Source: an uncultured Pseudomonadota bacterium
GTDB lineage: Bacteria > Oederibacteriota > Muellerivitia > Muellerivitales > Muellerivitaceae
Reading direction: 5' to 3'
Assembly (NCBI GenBank): GCA_963843375.1
Contig: CAWJKT010000009.1
Location: 192,001 to 256,000 of the forward strand
DNA: 64,000 nucleotides
This document shows, one piece after another, positions 53,007 to 62,316 of this stretch. The notes beneath the pieces are model-generated. The model ran no database searches, was not told the origin of the DNA, and worked only from the letters and a program-made list of their open reading frames with translations. Position 1 is the first letter of the stretch; every line of letters starts with the position of its first letter. The translations under genes and the position numbers were made by a program.

Positions 53007-54008
53007 TTGAACATTTGTCACTTCATCGGGAGGCTGGCCACAATATTCCCGATGATACCGTTGATGACTTCACCGGGGAAGCGGGAGTGGGCCGTGAAAC
53101 TTCCCGCTAAAGGCCAGGCGAAGCCCGGCCTAAAAATCCTCGTGACGGGGATCACCATCGATCCACCGGGAGCGACCTATGGGCCGCGTCTACAAAACCA
53201 CAATGAGTTCATCTGGCTGATGGAAGGAGAGGCGACCGCCACCTTCGATAAGCGGGTTATCCGGGCCGAGACTGGGACCGTTCTCCTTCGGCGCGCGGGC
53301 GTGAGGGATTACTATGAATGGTCCTCGAAGCGCCGCACCGTCCATGCCTATATCCAATTCGACCTGGACCCCGAATGGCGGGAAGCATTGAAGCCGTCGA
53401 TCCCTTCCTTCCGTGTTCTTCCCCCCAACGACATTATCCGCCCGCTTTTCGGTTACCTTTTGAACCTGGAACGACTGAAGGAGCCCCTTCGGAGCAAGTT
53501 GATGATCCCGTCACTGGAATTAATGCTTCAAAGTTATGTCACGGGTGAATGGGCGGTGAAGGCCCAGCCCGCCACCCATTTGCCGGTGGCGGTCGCGAGG
53601 GCAGTGGAGGCCATAAGGGAGAACACGATCCGAACCCCGCCGGGGCCGCTCCGCTTGAAAGACCTGGCCCTGGCTTCGCGCACGACGCCCGAAACCCTCT
53701 GCCGCCTCTTCAAGAAATCACTTAAACTGGGGCCGCTGGAATACGCCAAGCTTTCCCGCCTTGACCGCGCCACCAACCAACTGCGCCGAACATCCTTAAG
53801 CCTCAAAGAGATCGCCACAGCTACGGGCTTCTACGACGCCTACCACCTTTCCCGCAGTTTCAAACAGGTTTATGGTATATCCCCAAAAATATTCCGGGAA
53901 TCAGGCAATATCGAATGGATCTCCCAGAAAAACCCCATCATCCGGCTGCTCTACATGGGCAAGGCGGCGGATTCCAGGAAAGGCCCGCCGATTCCGCGAG
54001 GAAATTAG
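53007..54008 (+). CDS. AraC family transcriptional regulator (start uncertain)
   Basis: Cupin-like N-domain; LKDLA...PETLCRLFK and LKEIATATGFYDAYHLSRSFKQVYGISP double HTH. Confidence 0.9.
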   Translation: MNICHFIGRLATIFPMIPLMTSPGKREWAVKLPAKGQAKPGLKILVTGITIDPPGATYGPRLQNHNEFIWLMEGEATATFDKRVIRAETGTVLLRRAGVRDYYEWSSKRRTVHAYIQFDLDPEWREALKPSIPSFRVLPPNDIIRPLFGYLLNLERLKEPLRSKLMIPSLELMLQSYVTGEWAVKAQPATHLPVAVARAVEAIRENTIRTPPGPLRLKDLALASRTTPETLCRLFKKSLKLGPLEYAKLSRLDRATNQLRRTSLSLKEIATATGFYDAYHLSRSFKQVYGISPKIFRESGNIEWISQKNPIIRLLYMGKAADSRKGPPIPRGN

Positions 54009-54361
54009 AAAAAATTAATTTTCCCGGGATGGCCCTTCCCTGATCAAGCGGTCAATTCCATCCATCCTTTTGTCAATCCTGTCTATCCCGCTTTGAGGCT
54101 CCCCGGGGGTTTAATAGTTACAACGGGTATTGAAGTACCGTTGTTGGAAAACTCATTCGAGGGGAGACACCGTGCGTTTATTCCTCCTGAAATCGTTCCT
54201 GCCTTTTCCCCTGTTTTTTTCCCCTTCTTCCGCCTGGGCCTTTTCCGCCGGTTTGAACATTTTCCGATCCGACGAATTCAACCAGTCCGGCAACCGCACG
54301 CCGACTCCGCCGGCAGGTTTTATGAAAAGGAGTCGAATTGAAAAAAAGGGATGGAAGATTC

Positions 54362-57300
54362 ATGAAGCATAGGGCCGGTTGGATCCTTTTTTTAAAAAGG
54401 GCAGTAAAATCGTTTTGGGTTTTGCTCTTCATCGCCAACGCCCCAAAGGTTTTTGCTGATTACACCTGGGAAGGAGTGCCTTCCGGTTATGGGCTGGCCT
54501 GGAGCGACGAGTTCAATGGTTCGGTCGGAAGCGCCCCCAATTCCGCCAATTGGAGCTATGTCACAGGTACTGACTGTTGTGGAAATAACGAGTTGGAAAA
54601 TTATACGACCAGTACGGCCAATTCCCAGATCGTGGCCGATCCCAACGCGATAGGCGGCCAAGCCCTGGCCATCATCGCCTTGGATCCGGGCGGCAATAAC
54701 GATGCGGCCGGCGATTACACTTCCGCCCGGCTGGTCTCTTCCGTGGGTTCAACCCCGAACAATAATTGGCAATATGGTTACATGGAAGCCAGGGTCAAGA
54801 TGCCCTATGGGGACGGCATCTGGCCGGCCTTTTGGATGATGGGCAATAATATCAATTCGGGCACGGCCTGGCCCACCTGCGGCGAGATCGATATCATGGA
54901 AAACATCGGGAACGCCGCAACCTATAACGGCAACCCACCTGACCAGGCCAACAACCACGGGTCCCTTCACGAAGGGCCTTCTTCCTCCGACGTGGTTTCG
55001 GCCACCGATATTTTTACCCTGGCCGGGCCCCAGCTCTTTCACAACGCCTACCATACCTTCGCCGTCAATTGGCAGGCCAACGAGATCCAGTTCTACGTGG
55101 ATGGGAACCTTTATGAAACGGATACTTCCTCGTCCCTAACCGGCGCCACTTGGGCGTTCAACAACAGTTTTTTTTACCTGTTGAATTTGGCGGTTGGCGG
55201 CACTTGTCCGGGCAATCCGGATGTCTCGACTTCTTTCCCGCAAACCATGTTCGTCAATTATGTGCGGACCTACCAGACAGGCAAACCCACCCCCACACCG
55301 GTGGTCCAGTCCACCTGGCGGGTGCATTGCGGTGGGGACAATTACACCGACGGCGACGGCAACCTCTGGGTGGCGGACACGAATTTCACGGGGGGCTGGC
55401 CTTCCTACGGCAGTACGGCCGCCTCGGGTACGGTGCTTCCCACCTCCAGGCGACTCGTTGCTTTACCAGTACCAAAGGTATGGGAACACGACGGGCGGGG
55501 AAACGGTCACCTATACCTTCAACGTGCACGCCGGCTCCACTTACCAGGTGGACCTGAAATTCGACGAGACCAATTCGACCGGGCCCAATCAGCGGCAGTT
55601 CAACTACTCGATCAACGGCGCGACAGAGGCCACGAACTTCGACATTTATGCCACGGCCGGAGGCGCCAACAAGGCTTTGGATGAGGTTTACAATAATATC
55701 TCGCCGAACTCCAGCGGCCAAATCGTCATCCAGTTCACCCAAGGGGCCTATGGCAACCCGACAGTGGGAGCCATTCAAGTCATTCAGACTTCATCGACCT
55801 CTACGCCTACCCTAACATCCACGGCAACGTTCACTACGACCTCCACTCCTTCCAGGACAAGCACGCCCACCCTCACTTTTACCGGGACCTATACACACAC
55901 CTTCACCCCCACCAATACTCCCACGGACAGCCCCACTTTTACCGCCACAGTTACAAGAATGAATACGGCCACCAATACTGTGACCAATAGCCCCACCGCA
56001 ACGGCCACCTCAACCCCCACGGCCATCCCGACCAAAACGCCGACGAGCACGGCCACTTCTAGCGTCACCAGCACGGCCTCCGCCACACCCACGAACACTT
56101 TTGGCAATACGGCCACGAATACCCCTGCTTCAACCCCCTCGAGTACCGACACCGGTACTTCTACAGCTACCGACTCAAACACCGCCACCAAGACGACCAC
56201 TTCCACACCGACGAGCACGGCCACTTCCAGCCCCACAATTACCTCATCCTCAACGCCCACCAAAACGACGACGGCGACCCTCACGGATACCCTAGCCAAC
56301 ACGGTCACTCAAACCGCCACGGCAACCGATACTCCCACTTCCACCATCTCAAACACCCCGATCAAAACCACGACTTTGACTCCCACGCTCACTCCCACAG
56401 CCTCCACCACTGCCACGGCTACCAACAGCTCGACGGTTACCCCGATCTTCACGGCCACAAATACCCAGCCCCCCACAGCCTCTAATACTTCGTCCCTGAC
56501 GGCATCGAGCACCCCCACGGAAACCTCCACCTTCTCAGTCACCCTCAGCCCCACTACAACACCCACCAATACCGGGACCATTCCTCCCGCCAATTCGGCC
56601 ACCCCCACCCCCACCCTTACGCCCACCAGTAGCCCTACCACTATCCCCACCAACAGCCCGACCAATTCACCCACGTTCACGCCGACTTTCACGCCCACGG
56701 CCTCCAGCAGCCCCACCGGGACTCCCACAGGCACCTCCACCAACAGTCCCACTTCCACCACCACCCATTCCCCGTCCGTCACGCCCACCAATAGCTCATC
56801 GCCGACGCCTATGAATACACTCACTCCAACGCCAATTCTTACTGCCACTCTGACTCCGACGTTAAGCCCAACGAATACGGCTTTCACGGCGACTTTCTCG
56901 CCTACTGGAACGCAAACCAACAATGCAACGGGAACCCCCACGGCGACTCAGCTCACGAACACGCCCACCCCAACCCCCACGGTCACCTTCACCCCAACCT
57001 CCACCAATAGGAGTACCATGACATTTACGGTGTCAAATACTCCCACGAGCGCGACCACTTACAGCCCCACATACCCTTTAACGAATACCCTCACTCCAAC
57101 ACAAACTCTTACCGTCACCATGACTCCGACATTAAGCCTAACGATTGCGCCGACGTTCACTCCGACCCCCGCCATGACAGGAGTCGTGATTGGCCTCCCC
57201 TTTCCAAACCCCGTTTTCGGCGAAGGGCCCGTGTTTGTTCGGGTGCAGGCCGCTTCCGGCTCAAAGGTGGAATTAAGCATCTTTACGTCGGCCTTTCGCA

Positions 57301-57467
57301 AGGTCCTGGACATTCCCAGTCCCGTTCAGGGTGATAAAATGACACTTAATTGGGATCTGGATGATGCTTGGGGAAATCCCGTGGCAAATGGCCTTTACTA
57401 CCTGAGGGTTCAGGTTTCCGATCCGGTCATTACCTCCAAAATCCTGAAGGTCCTTGTCATTCGGTAA
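54362..57467 (+). CDS. Secreted GH16 (laminarinase-like) + malectin + Thr/Pro linker + C-terminal Ig-like sorting domain (frameshift near 55450)
   Basis: WSDEF, IWPAFWMMG and GEIDIMEN catalytic motif; malectin-like GG.NYTD..G..W.AD and LYQYQRYG; several hundred aa of TPT repeats; PNP...WD...G..VANGLYYLRV C-terminus. Confidence 0.82.
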
Positions 57468-57526
57468 GACAAGTTTCACTGAAACCAAAAATATTTTTCT
57501 AATAAAATAAAATTAAATCGAATTCT

Positions 57527-57554
57527 TGTCCACGGCGGGGAGGTATAGTAAACA
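57527..57554 (+). repeat. 28-bp site E
   Basis: TGTCCACGGCG-GGGAGG-TATAGTAAACA. Confidence 0.8.
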
Positions 57555-57719
57555 ATAATTTTTTCAATACCTTGGCTGCTTCTTCATCCTCATCCTGAAC
57601 AAAAAGCGCTATTTATTATCAATTTTATTGTTGCCTCCCCTCCCCCCCACTACTAAACTTCCTCATGCTAAATTCTTTTCAACACCTTTAACCGCCCAAT
57701 TCGAGTCAAAGATATTTCA

Positions 57720-58982
57720 ATGAAGATTCAAATCGTAGGGCTTTTTTCGCTTCTCGTTGGAGTCGGCTTTTTAACCCTCGGTTGTCCATCCAAAAGTAAC
57801 AGCCCTTCTAGCCCAGCTGCGCCGACTAATATTTCCACTCCAATCATTACCAATACGCCGACCAACACTAGCACCAACACCGCCACGGGAACGGCAACGG
57901 GGACACCAACCAAAACCGCCACACCTACCAGCAGCGGCACGCCTACCAATTCGCCAACGTCCACTCCCTCGGGCACCCCGACCAACAGCGCTACGAATAC
58001 CGCGACCGCGACGATCACTAACACGCCGACGATTACCCCCACATCCACCCAAACGGGTACACCAACGAACAGCGCTACTGTTACGCCGACCTTTACGATA
58101 ACGAGCACAGCGACCGTTACCGCCACCAGCACACCCACCAACTCGCTTAGCGCTTTCGCGACTATTGGCAGCGATGGTAAAACTTTATTTAACTATCCCA
58201 TGGGTATTCAATACCTAGGAGGTTATTTATGGATGGCGGATACAAATGGCCTTGGGTCCCCGAATTTTCAAGAATGGGTCACGAATGGAACCAGTCCCGT
58301 GACGAACATGACAATTTATAATGGATCGGCATCGTTTCAGGCTCCCTGGGGTGTGGGCATTGATTCCGCCACTGGAAATGTCTATGTGACGGATGAAGTT
58401 GCGGGTCAAATTGATGTTTTCAACTCCGCCGGGACTTACCTTACCAATTTTGGAAGCACCTATTTAGACAAGGGCTTCTTGGGCGTGGCCTTAAACTCGG
58501 CGGGGACGACGGTTTATGCTCTCACGTCAGATTCTATTATTTATATTGTTTCCGTTACCCCCGGTTCGATCCCCACTTATACCCTTCAAACAGGCTTTGG
58601 CCAATCGGGGTCTGTAGCATCGTATAAGCTTCTTTCCCCTCAAAATTTGAGAGTAGACGGAAATGGATATGTTTGGGTGGCGGATCAAGGAAACCATCGA
58701 GTGGCGGAATACACCGGAGCGGGGATTTATAACCTCACATCCTTTATTACGGTAACCAGCCTTGCCAATCCTTTTATGCCCTCGGATGTATTGGTGGACA
58801 GCTCTGGTAACGTCTACGCTACGGATAATGAAAATAATTATGTCGTGGAATTTAATTCATCCGGCACGCAAATAGGCCAATTTGGGGAGGGGATTTTATA
58901 TGGACCCAATGGCATTACCACGGATGGGGCTGGTAATTTTTACGTAACAGATTCAAGTCCTCAAATAGTGGGGTTTCATTAA
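57720..58982 (+). CDS. Lipoprotein with Thr/Pro linker and NHL-repeat beta-propeller
   Basis: Lipobox LTLG-C; repeats such as PWGVGID..GNVYVTD and [14 protein letters not shown]. Confidence 0.85.
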   Translation: MKIQIVGLFSLLVGVGFLTLGCPSKSNSPSSPAAPTNISTPIITNTPTNTSTNTATGTATGTPTKTATPTSSGTPTNSPTSTPSGTPTNSATNTATATITNTPTITPTSTQTGTPTNSATVTPTFTITSTATVTATSTPTNSLSAFATIGSDGKTLFNYPMGIQYLGGYLWMADTNGLGSPNFQEWVTNGTSPVTNMTIYNGSASFQAPWGVGIDSATGNVYVTDEVAGQIDVFNSAGTYLTNFGSTYLDKGFLGVALNSAGTTVYALTSDSIIYIVSVTPGSIPTYTLQTGFGQSGSVASYKLLSPQNLRVDGNGYVWVADQGNHRVAEYTGAGIYNLTSFITVTSLANPFMPSDVLVDSSGNVYATDNENNYVVEFNSSGTQIGQFGEGILYGPNGITTDGAGNFYVTDSSPQIVGFH

Positions 58983-59007
58983 GAATTAACTCAGAAGAAA
59001 GTTGGTC

Positions 59008-60336
59008 ATGAAGTTATACCTCATAGGGCTTGTTTCGCTTCTCCTTGGGATAGGCTTTTTAACCCTCGGCTGTCCTGGCAAAAATAATCCCTCCAGCCCC
59101 TCTGCACCTGCTCCTGTGCAAGCTACGCCCACTTTTACACAAGCTTGCTGGGTGGGTACTTCCCCTACTTGTACTCCGTACGTTACTCCGATTGGTATAA
59201 CAACCCCAACCGGTTATTACGTGACCGGCACTGTTAACTATACCGGCTCTCGAGGATCGGTTAATTCAACGAATTATTTGTACGTGGCATTAGCGAATTC
59301 CAGTTTTAATTTCGTCTCGGGCGAAGATATTGCCATGAATGGCGGGACCTATCAAATTTACGCTTCTTCAGCAGGAACTTATTATCTAGGGGCATTTTAT
59401 ATTAACGTTAGTGAACCGCATATTTATTATCCCTCTACTTGTATAGAACCTGGGGCGGGAATCACCATAAATGGGGGGGTTGCAGGAATCGATTTGTCAT
59501 TTGGGGATAGTTGCACCTTTAGTACGCCATCTCCTACTCTTGGGTCGTCGACTTTGACCGCCACTCCTACCAACCAAACACCTGTCGCCACGCTGACCTT
59601 TACTCCGACGATCACGCCTACCTTCAACTACACTTGGACGGCATCCAACACGCCGACGAATACCTACCCGCCGGGAACGAATACTCCCACCCGTGTGCCC
59701 ACCAACACACCCACTCCAACACCTACCGGCACTTTAATCATTATTTATCCGACCGCTACACCGACGGAAACGGACACCCCCACCGAAACCGAAACTTCGA
59801 CCGTCACTGATACGCCGACGGATACCTGGCCGCCAGGAACGGACACGCCCACGGCCCAAGCCACGGATACTCCCACCGAAACGCCCACGGACACGGAATT
59901 TGAAGTCGACATACCGACCGGCACCCCTACAGATACTGAAACCGATACGGCTACCCACACGCCCACTGAAACTGTTACCCCTACTCCCACGGTCACCGAC
60001 ACATCCACGATTACCGATACCCCCACCAATACGCCGACTCCTGGCGCCACCTATAGTGTTTATTTCACGGCATCGGGAACTGCCGGTGTCGAATATGAAA
60101 TTGTTTACAGTTCTGTTATTTCCGGAGCGGTTACCGCCGTTGTTTATACAGGCACTTTAAACGGTGGGAATTGGACCTCCCCGACAGTCGATTTTCCTGG
60201 AGATACCGAAGTTGGTATTTCCGCCGGGGGTGTTACCAGCACAAATTCAATTACGGTAAACCTTTATGTCGACGATGTTTTGGAAGGGACAGGTACTAGC
60301 TCCAGCGGCGCACCCGTTTCCTATCTATTGCCTTAA
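59008..60336 (+). CDS. Thr/Pro-rich lipoprotein of unknown function
   Basis: Lipobox LTLG-C, two beta-rich domains and a TPTDT/TPTET linker. Confidence 0.75.
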   Translation: MKLYLIGLVSLLLGIGFLTLGCPGKNNPSSPSAPAPVQATPTFTQACWVGTSPTCTPYVTPIGITTPTGYYVTGTVNYTGSRGSVNSTNYLYVALANSSFNFVSGEDIAMNGGTYQIYASSAGTYYLGAFYINVSEPHIYYPSTCIEPGAGITINGGVAGIDLSFGDSCTFSTPSPTLGSSTLTATPTNQTPVATLTFTPTITPTFNYTWTASNTPTNTYPPGTNTPTRVPTNTPTPTPTGTLIIIYPTATPTETDTPTETETSTVTDTPTDTWPPGTDTPTAQATDTPTETPTDTEFEVDIPTGTPTDTETDTATHTPTETVTPTPTVTDTSTITDTPTNTPTPGATYSVYFTASGTAGVEYEIVYSSVISGAVTAVVYTGTLNGGNWTSPTVDFPGDTEVGISAGGVTSTNSITVNLYVDDVLEGTGTSSSGAPVSYLLP

Positions 60337-60485
60337 AATTAAACCAAAACCCCAACTAGCTAAGCGGGGGAAGTTCGGCAAACTTCTGCCAAGGTAGGTG
60401 GGGAATACCCCCCCCCTTATGTCTGCTTTATTATGTAGGCTCAAGATTTTAAAATCTCTATCAACTAAAATATCTTGAATTTTAT

Positions 60486-60513
60486 TGTTCCATACGGGGA
60501 CCCGGATTGGACA
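60486..60513 (+). repeat. 28-bp site F (intron insertion site)
   Basis: TGTTCCATACG-GGGACC-CGGATTGGACA. Confidence 0.85.
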
Positions 60514-61296
60514 GCGTGCCAGGATCAAGGATGCAGCAGCCAGCAGGTGCGGTTCGATATGAACCAAGTCCTGACGGGGTAACCGCCCGAGGGCCCCGAA
60601 GTCAACCTCCGTGGCAAAGTCGAGAGGCCTTGTCCGAAACGAGGTCATAAACCTTCGAAAGGAAGGGAACAATACTACAGTCCGTAACATGAAGTGAATC
60701 CTGCCGCGTCGTGACGAGTCCGCCGAAAGGCTATAGGGGAGGCCGAGCCGCGTGTCCAACGGCGAAGGCAACAATCTCATCCTGAAACGGGATTGGGTGG
60801 GGTAAATCCTCCGGCGTATTGGGAGCGGAATGTTGGAAAGGCTGGTGCATCAACCTGGGAGATCCTACCCGTTAAAAGAGCGGCTCCTATAAGGGCGACC
60901 GAAAGGGAGACGTGACGGGAGGAAGTCGGAGGGGGAAATAGTACCGCTTAGAGGGGGAGGACAACAAAACCTCACCTGAGGGAAGGTCCCCTGCTTCAAC
61001 CATGTGCCTTCAAGAAGGGTGGCGCTGGAGAATGCCGGAAACGGCTAATAACTCTGAAGGTCAAAAGCGCGTAATCTTCAACAAGCACTATGCCGAACGG
61101 CCAAGGGAAGTAGAACCTGTAAAGCCGTCGGAGAAAAGGTTGTCGGAAAGCCGTATGATCGAAAAGGTCACGTACGGTTTGATGAGGGGGCGTTGGAAAC
61201 GAAGTGATGAGGGAACCTAGTTGGGGCACGGAACCGGAAACGGGGAAACAGATCAAGGGGCCCTCTGCACACAACCGCGCCAGCGCTCTACTCTAC
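60514..61296 (+). mobile_element. ORF-less group II intron (IIB-like), about 783 nt
   Basis: 5' GCGTG (GUGYG-like); EBS1-type hairpin GCCG-CGTGTCCAA-CGGC-GAAGGC at 60747-60769; domain V AAGCCGTATG...CACGTACGGTTT at 61148-61180 with AGC triad; 3' end ...CTCTACTCTAC; no RT ORF. Confidence 0.88.
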
Positions 61297-61415
61297 AACA
61301 AATAATGGGCCGAATCCTTTGGTGATCCTCATGGGCAATAGGGGGTTGATTCGATTACTCCCGCAGTTAAAAATAACCGCGAAAACGAAAACGTTTTTTT
61401 CCTAAGGAGAAAACC

Positions 61416-62186
61416 ATGAAACAACCCGTCGTTATTGTTACCGGAGCCAGTCAGGGCATTGGTCGTGCCACAGCCATAAGACTAGCCGCTGATTTTAAGG
61501 CCGTGGTTCTCGGGGCCCGGAACGAGGAGGGCCTCAACGAGACGGCCAAGTCGGTCCAATCCGCCGGAGCGGAGCCCCTGGTCCTGCCGCTGGATTTACG
61601 CCAGGGCGAAGCAGCCAAGACCCTCGTGGACAAAACTCTGGAAAATTTCGGCCGGATCGACGCTCTGGTAAACATAGCGGGGGCCGTGCCCCAAATCGAC
61701 CTTTTGGAAATGACGGACGCCCAATGGGACGATGGAATGGCGCTCAAACTTCACGGCGCCCGGCGAGTGACAATTCATGCGTGGGAAGCACTGAAAAAAT
61801 CCAAGGGTTCGGTGGTATTCACCTCGGGCAACTCGGCCCTGGCGCCCAAGTCGGCCTTTGCCGCCGTAGCCGTCACCAATGCGGCCATTGTGGCCTTGGC
61901 CAAAGCCTTCGCGGAACGGGGGATCAAGGATGGCGTTCAGGTAAATAGTGTCCTGCCCGGGCCTGTGTTCACCAATCGCCGAAAAACCTACATGGAAAAA
62001 TACGCCCCCCTGCACAACATGACAGTGGAAGAGGCGCTTGAAAAATTTCCCGCCGAGGCGGGCATTACCCGATACGGTCAGCCAGAGGACATCGCTAACT
62101 TGATGGCGTTTTTGGTTTCCGCGGAAGGGAAGTGGATGACCGGCTCGGCAGTTCGAATGGACGGCGGCGAGATCAAGGCGGTCTAG
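61416..62186 (+). CDS. Short-chain dehydrogenase/reductase (SDR)
   Basis: TGASQGIG, GRIDALVNIAG, VNSVLPG and TGSAVRMDGG. Confidence 0.92.
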   Translation: MKQPVVIVTGASQGIGRATAIRLAADFKAVVLGARNEEGLNETAKSVQSAGAEPLVLPLDLRQGEAAKTLVDKTLENFGRIDALVNIAGAVPQIDLLEMTDAQWDDGMALKLHGARRVTIHAWEALKKSKGSVVFTSGNSALAPKSAFAAVAVTNAAIVALAKAFAERGIKDGVQVNSVLPGPVFTNRRKTYMEKYAPLHNMTVEEALEKFPAEAGITRYGQPEDIANLMAFLVSAEGKWMTGSAVRMDGGEIKAV

Positions 62187-62232
62187 GGTAATCGCTTCAT
62201 TGAAGTATCGCTGTTAATAGCGGTTTTCGCAT

Positions 62233-62260
62233 TGTCCACAATGGGGACCCGTCGTGGACA
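62233..62260 (+). repeat. 28-bp site G
   Basis: TGTCCACAATG-GGGACC-CGTCGTGGACA. Confidence 0.85.
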
Positions 62261-62316
62261 AAGAAAAAGTATCGATTTGGATTTTTAAATGGGGGCAATT
62301 ATTGAAGTTGCAAATA

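Noticed and set aside
52757..53110. 117-aa ORF spanning site D
   Set aside because: Chimeric read-through of the repeat, the DHFR remnant and intergenic DNA; its VVHGGDP peptide, also in the ORF at 51126, is just the translated repeat.
55889..60050. Val/Gly-rich minus-strand ORFs
   Set aside because: Antisense shadows of Thr/Pro codon repeats on the + strand.
60325..61274. Short ORFs overlapping the intron (151, 92 and 72 aa)
   Set aside because: They overlap structured intron RNA and have no RT/maturase motifs.
50536..62260. 28-bp repeats as a CRISPR array
   Set aside because: Repeats are separated by 0.6-4.7 kb of whole genes and are too divergent; no cas genes are present.
50536..62260. 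28-bp repeats as canonical attC sites or intrinsic terminators
   Set aside because: No RYYYAAC...GTTRRRY ends and much shorter than attC; only a ~6-bp stem, a fixed asymmetric core and no U-tract.
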